From sequence record SRR2962707_543: a stretch of 64,000 nt of DNA, one strand, 5' to 3'. Of this stretch, positions 10,416-20,988 are shown piece after piece (within the stretch, counting starts at the first letter, position 1; every line of letters begins with the position of its first letter). The notes beneath the pieces are model-generated. The model did no database searches and was not told the origin of the DNA. It saw only the letters and a list, made by a program, of their open reading frames with translations. The position numbers and the translations under genes are program-made.

Positions 10416-10451
10416 CTGCAAAATGCGCATTGCAGTTATGCGTAAACGCAT
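10416..10451. promoter_or_regulatory. Nested dyads upstream of the peroxiredoxin; possible LysR-type regulator site
   Basis: CTGCAA-N8-TTGCAG, GCAT-N7-ATGC and ATGCGT-AA-ACGCAT overlap about 100-130 nt upstream of the start codon. Confidence 0.4.
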
Positions 10452-10463
10452 GGCTCGGTAAAT

Positions 10464-10892
10464 TCAGTTGGTCTCCATCATCAGCACGAGTTCTTCAGTG
10501 CGTTTGCGGGTGAGGGATGCGAGGCATGAATATATAATCAACGGCTGAATTGAACCGCCTGCATATTGCGCGGCCTCTGAAGCACACTGTGCATCGCGAT
10601 AAGTGAGCCATGCGCGCTGCGCTTCAAGCAGCTTTTCTGCCGCATCTGGTTCTTCTGGCATGTTTTCTTTATTGAGGTCGGCAATCGACTGCATGAAATC
10701 TTTCACCTTAGGCCAGACGATGTTGAGGGCGCGATCTGCCGTGTCGTAATCTTGGTTTGCGCACATATTCATCTCGCTTTGGTTCATATTGCTGGTGTCT
10801 TCGCAATTGAGCGTTTGAGCGAGCGCGATGTTAGGCGTGAACGGTGCTGCGAAAAGAGCTGCGATCAATAGGGCGGTTTTAAGATTTTTCAT
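10464..10892 (-). CDS. Lysozyme inhibitor LprI (DUF1311) family protein
   Basis: Signal peptide; QSEMNMCA, LLEAQRAWLTYRDAQC and terminal CL..LT..RT..L motifs. Confidence 0.85.
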   Translation of the reverse strand: MKNLKTALLIAALFAAPFTPNIALAQTLNCEDTSNMNQSEMNMCANQDYDTADRALNIVWPKVKDFMQSIADLNKENMPEEPDAAEKLLEAQRAWLTYRDAQCASEAAQYAGGSIQPLIIYSCLASLTRKRTEELVLMMETN

Positions 10893-10912
10893 TGGATGAT
10901 CCCTCTAAATTA

Positions 10913-11707
10913 TTAGCTGCGTATCCACTCGTCTAAATTTGCGCTGCGCACATCTTCAAGCAACTCGATGAAGCCCTTGGCTTGATGGTCAGCAGATAGT
11001 TTGCCTTTTAGTGCGGTAGCTGCCGCAGCATTGCCGACAACACCGGCACCATTAAGATCATCTGAGAGCCATGCAAAAGCATGCGGACTTTGAGGGGCAA
11101 GATGTTTGAAAGTGCGGCGTGCTTCAGCAGTGCGGTTATCGAAATTCTCCGCCGCTTCCATATCCACAAGATGCGGTTTGAAATGAAGCATGACCGATGT
11201 CTCATATTCGCCGCCATGAATGCCGAGTTTTTTCTCTTCATCAGAGAAATACGCTTCGGGGAAACCAAAACGATCCCAAGAGGTTTTCACAGCCATCATT
11301 TGGTGGTTTTTGCGCAGTTCAAGCGCGACAATGTTCATCACCGCTTCGTTGCCACCGTGGGAATTAATCAGAATGAGTTTGCGAATGCCGGTGCGCGCTA
11401 TGCTCTCGCCAATGTCAGTCCACAGGCTAATGGCTGTCACAGCATCAATTGATAAAGTACCAGCAAAGTCAATATGTTCGTCTGATTTCCCGACATTTTG
11501 AATCGGCAAAAAGCGGGCGTCTAAATCGTCTGGAAGATTTGCAAAGACAGTTTCTAGCAAGCCTTCCATAATTGCTGCGTCAGTCGACAGTGGCAAATGG
11601 GGCCCGTGTTGTTCAATCGCAGCCAAAGGCAAAACGGCGATTGTCACCTCAGGGTCGATGTTTTCAAAGTCAGCGGCCTTAAAGTCGCCCCACCAAATTT
11701 TGCGCAT
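10913..11707 (-). CDS. Creatininase (creatinine amidohydrolase) family protein
   Basis: EQHGPHLPLSTD, SDEH, NSHGGN, HGGEYETS motifs. Start could also be 11728 or 11746. Confidence 0.88.
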   Translation of the reverse strand: MRKIWWGDFKAADFENIDPEVTIAVLPLAAIEQHGPHLPLSTDAAIMEGLLETVFANLPDDLDARFLPIQNVGKSDEHIDFAGTLSIDAVTAISLWTDIGESIARTGIRKLILINSHGGNEAVMNIVALELRKNHQMMAVKTSWDRFGFPEAYFSDEEKKLGIHGGEYETSVMLHFKPHLVDMEAAENFDNRTAEARRTFKHLAPQSPHAFAWLSDDLNGAGVVGNAAAATALKGKLSADHQAKGFIELLEDVRSANLDEWIRS

Positions 11708-11834
11708 TTTAAACTGTCCTGTTTGCATTCTTGTGCCAGAAAACAATCCACAAGCATAGGCTTAGGGTTGAAATTCGCGCCGATCAAGCGCACATGACCT
11801 TCACGAATTTTTACGCCAAAATGGTGCTTGTTAA

Positions 11835-12923
11835 ATGACACTTCCAAATGAAAAAACGCCGGTAACGGTTCTCACAGGTTATCTTGGTGCGGGTAAAACC
11901 ACGCTGCTTAATCGTATTTTGACTGAAAATCACGGCAAGAAATATGCCGTGATCGTCAATGAATTTGGCGAAATTGGCATCGATAATGATCTTGTTGTCG
12001 ATGCGGATGAAGAAGTCTTTGAAATGAACAATGGCTGCATCTGCTGCACGGTTCGCGGTGATCTTATCCGCATTCTTGGCGGCTTGATGAAGCGCTCAGG
12101 TGATTTTGATGGCATTCTGGTTGAGACAACCGGCCTGGCTGACCCTGGCCCTGTGGCGCAGACATTCTTTGTAGATGAAGAAATTGCCAGCCGCACGAAA
12201 CTTGATGCGATTGTGACTGTGGTGGATGCAAAGCATTTGTCGATGGAAATTGAGCGTGCGCCAGAAGCCCAAGAGCAGATCGCCTTTGCTGATATTGTTG
12301 TGCTGAATAAAATCGACACGGTTTCTGATTATGATTTGAAAATGGTTGAAGCGCGTATTCGCCGCATTAATCCAACGTGCAGGATTGAACGGGCAGAGCG
12401 CTGTAATGTGCCGCTTGATAAATTGCTTGGCCAAAATGCCTTCGCGCTGGACCGGATTTTGCAAGACGATCAAGGCTTCTTGGAAAAAGACTTCGATGAT
12501 CACGATCATTCAAATTGCGATCATGACCACGGCCATTGTGACCACGAACATGATCATGATCACGCGCATGACCATCATCACCATGATCACGATCATGGGC
12601 ATCTTGATGCAAGCCGCCATGACGAACATGTTTCTAGCTTTTCGTTCTCAACGCGCGATCCTATAGACCCAGAAAAGTTTTTCCCTTGGATCCAAATGAT
12701 TGGCCAAGAATTCGGCATTGATATGCTGCGTATGAAAGGCATTCTCGATATTGCCGGTGATAAGCGCCGCTATGTGGCGCAAGCGGTTCACATGATGCTT
12801 GAAGGTGATTTTGGCCGCGAATGGCGCGTAGGCGAAGATCGCTATAGCCGTATCGTGTTTATCGGACGCAATTTGCCGCGCGATATTTTTGAAGATGGCT
12901 TTATGAAGTGCCGGGCGGTCTAA
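11835..12923 (+). CDS. COG0523/CobW-family metal-binding GTPase
   Basis: [31 protein letters not shown] motifs; His/Asp-rich insert; CobW_C domain. Confidence 0.92.
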   Translation: MTLPNEKTPVTVLTGYLGAGKTTLLNRILTENHGKKYAVIVNEFGEIGIDNDLVVDADEEVFEMNNGCICCTVRGDLIRILGGLMKRSGDFDGILVETTGLADPGPVAQTFFVDEEIASRTKLDAIVTVVDAKHLSMEIERAPEAQEQIAFADIVVLNKIDTVSDYDLKMVEARIRRINPTCRIERAERCNVPLDKLLGQNAFALDRILQDDQGFLEKDFDDHDHSNCDHDHGHCDHEHDHDHAHDHHHHDHDHGHLDASRHDEHVSSFSFSTRDPIDPEKFFPWIQMIGQEFGIDMLRMKGILDIAGDKRRYVAQAVHMMLEGDFGREWRVGEDRYSRIVFIGRNLPRDIFEDGFMKCRAV

Positions 12924-13928
12924 ATGGATCCGTTTGATGCAAACAAGGCCATGCGGCACTTTCGTTTTGAAGCCCAAGCAACAGGTAGCGCTTTTATCGG
13001 CACCGTGTTTGCTGTCGCAGGCGGTGACGGCGATGTGCGCCTATGCGCCGTTGATGGTAGCTTTAACAAGCTCAAGGTGCATGACGGCGCGATATTGGGC
13101 ATTGCGGCTAATTCAAAAGGCGATGCGCTTTATACCGGCGGCGATGATGGCAATGTCAAACGCATTGGTGCGGATGGTTCAATCACCTCTATTCATGAAG
13201 GCCGTAAATGGGTTGATACCATCGCGTGCTCACCGCGCGGTCATATTGCATGGTCCTGCGGCAAAACCATTTATCTAGCCAAAGAAGGTGAGGCGGCTAT
13301 TGAAATTGCAGCGCCGTCTTCTGTTGGCGCTTTGACATTTTCAGGCGATGGCAAGTGGCTTGGCGCAGCCGTTTATGGCGGCGCTTTGCTGATTTCGCCG
13401 AACCAGCCTGACAAGCAGAAATTCCTAGAATGGAAAGGATCGCATCAAGCGATTGGCTTTTCGACAGATGGACGCTTTTGCGTGACTGCAATGCTTGAAA
13501 ATTCATTGCATGTTTGGAAAATTGATAGCCCAGATAAGCATGGGCAAATGGGCGGGTATCCAGCGCGGCCGCTTTCATTTGGTTGGACATCGGATGGTCG
13601 CGGCATGTTGACGGCTGGCGCGGATGTTTTAGTCATGTGGCCGTTTTCTGGCTCTGATGGACCGATTGGCCAAAGTGCTGCGGTGTTTGAAGGCGTGGCA
13701 ATGGGCATTTTGCGCTCGGTGATTTCGCGCCCGCGCACGCGACAAATTTTGATTGGTTATGCCGAAGGCGGTGTTGGTCTGTTTGATCGTAAAGATGATA
13801 GTTTTTCCTTCATCGCCGAAGCTGATGGTTCACCGGTTATCGACGTTCGCTTTTCACCCGATGGCCGCTATTTTGGCTTTATTCGCGAAAATGGTTCTGC
13901 GGGCTATATGGATATGGGCAAAGTTTGA
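12924..13928 (+). CDS. WD40-repeat beta-propeller protein
   Basis: Repeated blade motifs (TGGDDG, FSGDGKW, FSTDGRF, WTSDGR, FSPDGRY); abuts the COG0523 gene. Confidence 0.85.
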   Translation: MDPFDANKAMRHFRFEAQATGSAFIGTVFAVAGGDGDVRLCAVDGSFNKLKVHDGAILGIAANSKGDALYTGGDDGNVKRIGADGSITSIHEGRKWVDTIACSPRGHIAWSCGKTIYLAKEGEAAIEIAAPSSVGALTFSGDGKWLGAAVYGGALLISPNQPDKQKFLEWKGSHQAIGFSTDGRFCVTAMLENSLHVWKIDSPDKHGQMGGYPARPLSFGWTSDGRGMLTAGADVLVMWPFSGSDGPIGQSAAVFEGVAMGILRSVISRPRTRQILIGYAEGGVGLFDRKDDSFSFIAEADGSPVIDVRFSPDGRYFGFIRENGSAGYMDMGKV

Positions 13929-14013
13929 TCTTATCAAATGGCGATAAGGGTCACAGATTGAAGTTTTGCGCATTAGGTGAAACATAGGCGCTTCAAAATA
14001 AAAAGGGCATATT

Positions 14014-14835
14014 ATGCTGTTTGCATCGATTAATAATATCACATTGCATTACCAAGAAATTGGCGCGCCGCAGGGCTCGCCCACCTTGGTTTTCATTAAT
14101 TCGCTCGGTACAGATTTTCGCATCTGGCGCGATGTTATTGTGCGGTTTGTCGGTGAAGCCAATATTTTGACCTATGACAAGCGCGGCCATGGTTTGAGCG
14201 ATGTTGGCGTTACGCCCTATACAATCGAAGATCATGCCAGCGACCTTGCTGGGCTGCTTGATCATGTGGGCAAAAAAGATGTGATCCTTGTCGGGCTATC
14301 TGTTGGCGGGCTTATCGCTCAGGCGCTTTATAAAGCGCGGCCAGATTTGGTTCGCGCGATGGTTTTATCTGATACAGCGCCTAAAATCGGCTCATCTGAA
14401 TTTTGGGCAGACCGTATCACCAGCATTGAAACGGGCGGCATGGACAGTTTGGCCGATGCCACAATGACGCGGTGGTTTACTGAAAAATTCCGCGAGAAAG
14501 AACCTTTAAGCGTAGCCGGTTACCGCAATATGGTCGCGCGCCAACCACTTGAAGGTTACACAGGTACGTGTGCTGCCCTGCGCGATGCAGATTACCGCGC
14601 TGACGCTGCGGTCATTTCCGTCCCGACAATGTGTGTTGTTGGCTTGGAAGATGTGGTCACCACGCCAGAGCATGTATGGGAAATGGCAGATATGATCCCC
14701 AACAGCCGCTATGAAGAGATTGCGCATGCGGCCCATTTGCCTTGCATCGATCAGCCAGACCCATTTGCGCGGCTATTGAAGGACTTTATTGTTTCCATCA
14801 ATCAGCCCAATACGGATGGGGCTTCTATTCATTGA
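14014..14835 (+). CDS. pcaD: 3-oxoadipate enol-lactonase
   Basis: FINSLGTDFRIW, YDKRGHG and GLSVGG alpha/beta-hydrolase motifs. Confidence 0.85.
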   Translation: MLFASINNITLHYQEIGAPQGSPTLVFINSLGTDFRIWRDVIVRFVGEANILTYDKRGHGLSDVGVTPYTIEDHASDLAGLLDHVGKKDVILVGLSVGGLIAQALYKARPDLVRAMVLSDTAPKIGSSEFWADRITSIETGGMDSLADATMTRWFTEKFREKEPLSVAGYRNMVARQPLEGYTGTCAALRDADYRADAAVISVPTMCVVGLEDVVTTPEHVWEMADMIPNSRYEEIAHAAHLPCIDQPDPFARLLKDFIVSINQPNTDGASIH

Positions 14836-14913
14836 TTTTCTAGCCGTAACTATTTGTCACGGTCCTATGTGTTTCTTCGTGGTGTATAAGCCAGAACATA
14901 TAGGAGAAAATCT

Positions 14914-15318
14914 ATGTTTATAAATTTAAAAGCAGCAGTTCGGTTTAGTGTTTTAGCAATTGGTTTGACGGCCATCAGCTCACAGGCATTTGCCTTAGAC
15001 GGTGATGCAGAGTCCGGCGAAAAAATCTTTAAAAAATGTGCTGTTTGTCACTCAGCTGACGAAGCGAAAAACAAAGTTGGCCCTTATTTGATGGGCGTGG
15101 TTGATCGGCCTGTGGCAACGGTTGAAAAATACAAATATTCAAAAGCCATGCATGAATTTGGTGAACACGGTAAAGTTTGGGATGAAGCTCTGCTTGCTGA
15201 ATATATTGCGGCTCCAAAAGCCGTCGTAAAAGGCACAAAAATGGCATTTGCTGGCCTTAAAGACGAGCAAGACATCGCCGATGTGATTGCTTATCTAAAA
15301 GCGCATCCGGCTGAATAA
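14914..15318 (+). CDS. Periplasmic cytochrome c2/c550 family protein
   Basis: Signal peptide, CAVCH haem motif, KVGP, GTKMAFAGL (axial Met). Confidence 0.92.
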   Translation: MFINLKAAVRFSVLAIGLTAISSQAFALDGDAESGEKIFKKCAVCHSADEAKNKVGPYLMGVVDRPVATVEKYKYSKAMHEFGEHGKVWDEALLAEYIAAPKAVVKGTKMAFAGLKDEQDIADVIAYLKAHPAE

Positions 15319-15338
15319 CAAACGATATAGAAATCTTT

Positions 15339-15368
15339 AGGGGCTTGCGCTTATGCGCAGCCTCTTTA
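15339..15368 (+). terminator. Probable intrinsic terminator
   Basis: AGGGGCTTGCGC-TTAT-GCGCAGCCTCTTT after the cytochrome c stop codon. Confidence 0.6.
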
Positions 15369-15412
15369 ATTATGGCTCTCACATTGTAAACTCAAAAATG
15401 TAGAGAGCTTGA

Positions 15413-17275
15413 ATGACCGACTTTTTGATGCTTGCGACGATATTTTTGGTGGCAGGCGTTATTGCTGTACCGATCGCTTCGAAGCTCGGTCTAGGTTCGG
15501 TCCTCGGCTATCTCATTGCCGGTATTCTTATTAGCCCGCTTTTAGCGCTGCTGCACGTCGATGTGGTCTCAATCCAACACTTTGCGGAATTTGGCGTTGT
15601 TATGATGCTTTTTCTGGTGGGCCTTGAGCTGGAGCCAAAACTGCTTTGGTCAATGCGCAACCGTTTGATTGGGTTGGGCGGCGGTCAGGTCGGTCTTACA
15701 ACTGCCGCGGTCATGGGCATCGCCATGGCACTTGGTCAAGACTGGCGCGTATCGCTTGCCATTGGCTTGGTGTTTTCTCTTTCTTCCACTGCTATCGTTC
15801 TTCAGACCCTCAATGAAAAAGGTTTGATGAAAAGCGATGGCGGGCAGTCGAGCTTTTCGGTGCTGTTGTTCCAAGACATCGCGGTTATCCCGATGCTGGC
15901 GCTCATTCCGCTTTTGGCGGTGCCAGAGCTTTTGCAATTAGCCCATAGTGCTGGCACCGGTGATCATGGATCATCTATCAGCTTGGTTGACGGGCTTAAT
16001 GGCTGGCAAACGACATTGGTAACGATTGGTGCAATTGTCGCTGTGGTATTGGTTGGTAACTATTTGACCGGCCCCATCTTCCGCTTTGTGGCATCGGCAG
16101 AGCTGCGCGAATTGTTTATCGCAACGGCGCTCATGATGGTTGTTGGCATTGCCTTGTTGATGTCGCTTGTTGGTCTTTCACCCGCACTCGGTACTTTTCT
16201 TGCGGGCGTTGTTCTTGCCAACAGCGAATACCGCCATGAGCTAGAATCAGACATTGATCCGTTCAAAGGCCTGCTGCTTGGCTTGTTCTTCATGACCGTG
16301 GGTGCGGGCATAAACTTTGTTCTGCTGCTTGATAATTTTGCCGTCATCGTCGCGCTCACCATCGGTTTGATGGCTGTTAAAACGCTGGTTTTGGTGGTTC
16401 TTGCTTTTGTTTTTAAAATTCGCGGCAGTAATAAATGGCTGTTTGGATTGGGCCTTGCGCAAGCGGGTGAGTTCGGTTTTGTACTGCTGTCATTTACAGT
16501 GGCGAACGGCGTTATTCCTGAAGCCATTGCAAGCCAGTTGCTGCTGGTTGTGGCGCTATCGATGTTGCTCACGCCAGCGCTGTTCATCTTCTATGACCGA
16601 ATTATCGCGCCGCATTATGCTTTTGTTGATTTGCGCGAAGAAGACGCCATTGAGGAAAGCAACCACATCATTATCGCTGGCGTTGGCCGCATGGGCGGCA
16701 TGGTGAACCGCATGTTGCGTGCTGCCGGTCACACGGCAACGATTATTGATTTTAGCGCCAAGCAACTCAAAATGCTCAGCGCATTTGGCATTCGCGCCTA
16801 TTATGGCGACGCTACACGCCCTGATTTGCTGCATTCTGCGGGTATTGCGAAAGCAAAAATACTCATCATTACGATTGATGATAAAGAGAAAATCACTGAA
16901 CTAACAACCTATATGGTCAAGCATTATCCGCATGTGCATGTCATCGCGCGCGCTGTCGACCGCGACCATGTGTATGATTTATATGCTGCTGGTTGCCGTG
17001 ATATCATTCGTGAGGTTTACGATAGTTCGACACGTATTGGCCGGTCAGCGTTTGAAGCCTTGGGCGCGACACGCGATCAGGCTAATCGTATGCGCCAAGC
17101 CTTCAGGGATATGGATGCTAAAGGCATGGTGGAGGTGGCCTCGCACTATGATCCAAATATTCCGACGATGGAAAACCAAGCCTATATTGACAAGGTGCGC
17201 GAAACCATTGGCTTGTGGGAAGTTAAGCTCAAAGAAGAAATGACGGCGATAATGAACGAAACCCCTAAGACCTAA
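15413..17275 (+). CDS. kefC: CPA2 family K+/H+ antiporter (KefB/KefC-like) with TrkA-N domain
   Basis: [49 protein letters not shown] motifs. Confidence 0.88.
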   Translation: MTDFLMLATIFLVAGVIAVPIASKLGLGSVLGYLIAGILISPLLALLHVDVVSIQHFAEFGVVMMLFLVGLELEPKLLWSMRNRLIGLGGGQVGLTTAAVMGIAMALGQDWRVSLAIGLVFSLSSTAIVLQTLNEKGLMKSDGGQSSFSVLLFQDIAVIPMLALIPLLAVPELLQLAHSAGTGDHGSSISLVDGLNGWQTTLVTIGAIVAVVLVGNYLTGPIFRFVASAELRELFIATALMMVVGIALLMSLVGLSPALGTFLAGVVLANSEYRHELESDIDPFKGLLLGLFFMTVGAGINFVLLLDNFAVIVALTIGLMAVKTLVLVVLAFVFKIRGSNKWLFGLGLAQAGEFGFVLLSFTVANGVIPEAIASQLLLVVALSMLLTPALFIFYDRIIAPHYAFVDLREEDAIEESNHIIIAGVGRMGGMVNRMLRAAGHTATIIDFSAKQLKMLSAFGIRAYYGDATRPDLLHSAGIAKAKILIITIDDKEKITELTTYMVKHYPHVHVIARAVDRDHVYDLYAAGCRDIIREVYDSSTRIGRSAFEALGATRDQANRMRQAFRDMDAKGMVEVASHYDPNIPTMENQAYIDKVRETIGLWEVKLKEEMTAIMNETPKT

Positions 17276-17292
17276 TTTATCTGGGAGATAAA

Positions 17293-17988
17293 ATGAAGAA
17301 GATATATCCGAGTGCGTCTGCTGCGCTTGATGGATTGCTGCATGACGGAATGCTAATTGCCGCTGGCGGTTTCGGCCTTTGCGGCATTCCCGAATTGCTG
17401 CTGAGCGCGATTAAAGATGCTGGTACCAAAGATCTAACCTTTGCATCAAACAATGCCGGTGTTGATGATTTTGGCATTGGTATTCTTTTGCAGACCAAGC
17501 AGGTTCGCAAAATGATCTCGTCTTATGTGGGCGAGAATGCAGAATTTATGCGTCAATATCTGTCTGGTGAATTGGAATTAGAATTTAATCCGCAAGGCAC
17601 ATTGGCCGAGCGTATGCGCGCTGGCGGTTGTGGCATTCCAGGTTTTTATACAAAAACCGGTGTTGGGACTGTGATTGCCGAAGGCAAAGAACATAAAGAT
17701 TTTAACGGCCAGACTTACATCATGGAGGAGGGTATTTTTGCCGATCTTTCCATCGTTAAAGCGTGGAAGGCTGATGCAACAGGCAATTTGATTTTCCGCA
17801 AGACAGCACGCAACTTCAATCCACCCGCAGCGATGTGCGGCAAAGTCTGTGTTGTGGAAGTTGAGGAAATCGTGCCGGTTGGTTCGCTTGATCCTGACCA
17901 TATTCATCTGCCCGGTATTTATGTTCACCGCATTGTTCAAGGTGATCATGAAAAACGCATCGAACAACGCACAGTGCGGGAGGCCTAG
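17293..17988 (+). CDS. scoA: Succinyl-CoA:3-oxoacid CoA-transferase subunit A
   Basis: [31 protein letters not shown] motifs. Confidence 0.88.
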   Translation: MKKIYPSASAALDGLLHDGMLIAAGGFGLCGIPELLLSAIKDAGTKDLTFASNNAGVDDFGIGILLQTKQVRKMISSYVGENAEFMRQYLSGELELEFNPQGTLAERMRAGGCGIPGFYTKTGVGTVIAEGKEHKDFNGQTYIMEEGIFADLSIVKAWKADATGNLIFRKTARNFNPPAAMCGKVCVVEVEEIVPVGSLDPDHIHLPGIYVHRIVQGDHEKRIEQRTVREA

Positions 17989-17991
17989 GTC

Positions 17992-18618
17992 ATGTGGGAT
18001 CGTAATCAAATGGCTGCCCGTGCAGCGCAAGAACTCCAAGATGGTTGGTATGTGAATTTGGGCATCGGCATCCCGACCATGGTTGCCAATTATATTCCAG
18101 AAGGTGTGGAAGTGACATTGCAATCAGAAAACGGCATGCTTGGCATGGGCCCGTTTCCGATTGCTGGTGAAGAAGATGCTGATCTGATCAATGCAGGCAA
18201 GCAGACGATCACAGAACTGCCCCAGACGGCTTATTTTGACAGTGCGACAAGCTTTGGCATGATCCGTGGTGGCAAGATTGCGATGGCAATTTTGGGCGCG
18301 ATGGAAGTGGCAGAAAATGGCGATCTAGCCAATTGGATGATCCCGGGCAAATTGGTCAAGGGCATGGGCGGCGCGATGGATCTTGTTGCCGGTGTTGGCC
18401 GTGTCGTTGTGGTGATGGATCACACCAATAAGCATGGCGATAGCAAGGTTTTGACTGAGTGCTCGCTGCCTCTCACAGGCAAGGGCGTTGTTGACCGTAT
18501 CATCACAAACCTTGGCGTTTTGGATGTTGTTGAAGGTGGATTGAAAATCGTCGAGACGGCTGAGGGTGTGAGCGAAGAAGAACTTCGCGCTGCAACGCAG
18601 GCGACAATCGTAGACTAA
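17992..18618 (+). CDS. scoB: Succinyl-CoA:3-oxoacid CoA-transferase subunit B
   Basis: [13 protein letters not shown] (catalytic Glu), [10 protein letters not shown] motifs. Confidence 0.88.
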   Translation: MWDRNQMAARAAQELQDGWYVNLGIGIPTMVANYIPEGVEVTLQSENGMLGMGPFPIAGEEDADLINAGKQTITELPQTAYFDSATSFGMIRGGKIAMAILGAMEVAENGDLANWMIPGKLVKGMGGAMDLVAGVGRVVVVMDHTNKHGDSKVLTECSLPLTGKGVVDRIITNLGVLDVVEGGLKIVETAEGVSEEELRAATQATIVD

Positions 18619-18677
18619 TTAGACATCTCATGGCGACGATGAAGGTTGCCATGAGCCATCAATTCGCCCAAATACAG

Positions 18678-18708
18678 GCCCAAGCTTCCAATGACGGTAA
18701 GCTTGGGC
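18678..18708. promoter_or_regulatory. Dyad upstream of cueR; CueR-box-like
   Basis: GCCCAAGCTTCC-AATGACG-GTAAGCTTGGGC; the core resembles ACCTTCC-N7-GGAAGGT. Could instead be an RNA hairpin. Confidence 0.55.
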
Positions 18709-18724
18709 TGAATTGGAGACGATA

Positions 18725-19126
18725 ATGAATATTGGTGATGCCGCAGAACGCGCTGGCCTAAATGCCAAAACAATTCGCTATTACGAGGAAATTGGATTGG
18801 TAACGCCTGCGCGTTCAGCCAATGGCTATCGCGATTATGACGGCCGCGATGTGCATCGGCTCGCATTTTTGCAACGCTCGCGTTCATTGGGTTTTACCAT
18901 TGAAGAATGCCGTCACTTATTATCGCTCTATGATGATAAGGAGCGGGCAAGCGCTGACGTTCGGCAAATGGCGCAGGATAAAATATCCGGCATTGATGCT
19001 AAGATTAAAGAGCTTCAGTCGCTGCGCAGAACCTTGTCGGCACTGGTGGATTCTTGTTGCGGCGACCAACGTCCAGACTGCCCGATCATTGATGATTTGG
19101 CAGGACATCACGGTTTAGAGCATTAG
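18725..19126 (+). CDS. cueR: Cu(I)-responsive MerR-family regulator
   Basis: MNIG..., TIRYYEEIGL, C-terminal CCGDQRPDCPII metal loop; GGAG RBS. Confidence 0.9.
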   Translation: MNIGDAAERAGLNAKTIRYYEEIGLVTPARSANGYRDYDGRDVHRLAFLQRSRSLGFTIEECRHLLSLYDDKERASADVRQMAQDKISGIDAKIKELQSLRRTLSALVDSCCGDQRPDCPIIDDLAGHHGLEH

Positions 19127-20988
19127 CTCTGCTTTGAGCTTGAAGCGCTATTATCGTCGTCAGTGTCTTCGTTCATCTGCTTTAATATTTCTTCTGACAC
19201 CGGTTTTGGCTGCGCTTCGCATTCATTGAAAATACGATGATGGCAGGTCGCGCAAATTGATTTGTCCAGTGTTGGCACAATTTCAGCAATCGCATCGCCT
19301 TTTGACAAGTGAATATATTCGCGGCTGAGCTCACGCATCACTTTATAGCGTGCAAGCTTCGAAATCGTTTTTGGCGTTTTGGTTTGCAGGTGGAACGAGC
19401 CGCCGCGCTTGCGCCTGCGTTTCGCCTCTTCGATCAACAAATCTGCGCCCGGCATGTCGATTTCGCCAATGCCTTTAACGATGAAGATCATATGGAGTTG
19501 ATCTTTGCGCTCAATTTCAAAGCGGCGGAATTGCTTACGCAAATATTCAACCGAACCGAAGTAAAGCGGACCATCAAGCCGCACAATCATCAATTGAGGG
19601 CATTCGGATAAATGATCTCGGCCAGCGGCTGTGAAAACGCGGCGTTTGGATTTTGGATCGGGAACGCCCACTTCGATAGATGGCTTGGATGTGCTGTTAA
19701 GAAATAGGCCCAGCGACAACAAAACGCCCGCATAAATCGCAAACTCAAGATTGATAAAAATAGCCGATAGAAACGTCACGGCCGCAATGGCTGTTTCGGA
19801 CAGGGACGTTGTGAGGATGTGCTTTATTTCTTCAAAATCAATCAATCGCCATGCAACCAAAATGATCACGCCTGCCATGGCAGGGATGGGCACATAGGCA
19901 AACCAAGGCGCAACGAGCAGCAAAATCAAGAATAGGAAGATGGCGGCAAACACCGACGAAAGCGGCGATGCAGCGCCAGCATCATAGTTTACGCCGGAAC
20001 GCGTGAACGATGCGGAGCCGGGGTAGCATTGGAAGAAGCTGCCAATGACATTGGACGAGCCTTGGCCCAAAAACTCTCGGTTTGCATCAACCATTTGACC
20101 AGATTTGAGACCAATTGCGCGCGCAACGGACATCGCTTCCAGCAGGCCGACGATGGCAATCGCGATAGCGGCAGAAGATAGTTCGCGCAGCGATTCAAGC
20201 GAGAAATCCGGAGAGATAAATTGTGGTATAACGCTATCGATAGCGCCGATGGTTGCAATGCCCGTATGGTATTTGGTCAGTGCAACACTTGTCGCGGTGG
20301 CGAGTGTTAATGCGATAAGATAATTTGGCCACAGAGGCTTCCATTTTTTAACGCCATAGCCGATGAAAAAGGCTATTCCCGCAATGCCAAGAGAATAGGG
20401 GTTTAGCTCGGGAAACTTCTGATAAAGGCCAACGCCGAAATCAACAAGTTCTTCAGGGCGTGGGATAGAAACGCCAAGGGCATGGCGCACTTGGCTGAGC
20501 GCGATCAAGAGCGCTGCGCCGGAAATGAACCCGACCATTACAGAGTGCGATACGAAATCGACGATGCCGCCAAGGCGTGCGAAAGCCAGCGCCAATTGGT
20601 AGATGCCGACGAGAAAGGTCAACGTTATTGTTGCCGCAATGTAGTCGGGGCTGCCGGGTGTGAAACTGCCGACAAGCGAGACAAAGACCAGCGCAGAGAT
20701 CGCGGTCGTTGGCCCGGATACTGCATGCAAGGATGAGCCAAAAAGGGCCGCGATAATCGCGGTCACCATTGCGGAATAAAACCCATATTCTGGCGGCAAT
20801 CCAGCGATGGCTGCAAAGGCGACGCCCTGCGGCAACGCAAGTGTTGCGCCTGTCAAACCGGCAATTAAATCGGCGCGAAGGGATTTTGCATTGATCTGGA
20901 AAATCCAGTCAGGCACATAAAAAAGCTCGTTAAAATAAGCGTGTAATTGTTGGCCACGTTTGTGCCAAGGGTGTTCTTCATCGCTCAT
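19123..20988 (-). CDS. SulP (SLC26) anion transporter with STAS domain
   Basis: DLIAGLT, LPQGVAFA, SGPT, SASFTRS, STAS RLDGPLYFGS motifs; C-terminal CATCHHRIFNEC. Confidence 0.9.
   Translation of the reverse strand: MSDEEHPWHKRGQQLHAYFNELFYVPDWIFQINAKSLRADLIAGLTGATLALPQGVAFAAIAGLPPEYGFYSAMVTAIIAALFGSSLHAVSGPTTAISALVFVSLVGSFTPGSPDYIAATITLTFLVGIYQLALAFARLGGIVDFVSHSVMVGFISGAALLIALSQVRHALGVSIPRPEELVDFGVGLYQKFPELNPYSLGIAGIAFFIGYGVKKWKPLWPNYLIALTLATATSVALTKYHTGIATIGAIDSVIPQFISPDFSLESLRELSSAAIAIAIVGLLEAMSVARAIGLKSGQMVDANREFLGQGSSNVIGSFFQCYPGSASFTRSGVNYDAGAASPLSSVFAAIFLFLILLLVAPWFAYVPIPAMAGVIILVAWRLIDFEEIKHILTTSLSETAIAAVTFLSAIFINLEFAIYAGVLLSLGLFLNSTSKPSIEVGVPDPKSKRRVFTAAGRDHLSECPQLMIVRLDGPLYFGSVEYLRKQFRRFEIERKDQLHMIFIVKGIGEIDMPGADLLIEEAKRRRKRGGSFHLQTKTPKTISKLARYKVMRELSREYIHLSKGDAIAEIVPTLDKSICATCHHRIFNECEAQPKPVSEEILKQMNEDTDDDNSASSSKQS

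Noticed and set aside
11747-11834. Zur box expected before the COG0523 gene
   Set aside because: No GTTATA-N-TATAAC-like palindrome found.
12496-12630. CATGAT/CACGAT-rich quasi-repeat
   Set aside because: It encodes the His/Asp tract of the COG0523 protein; it is not a CRISPR array or DNA-level repeat.
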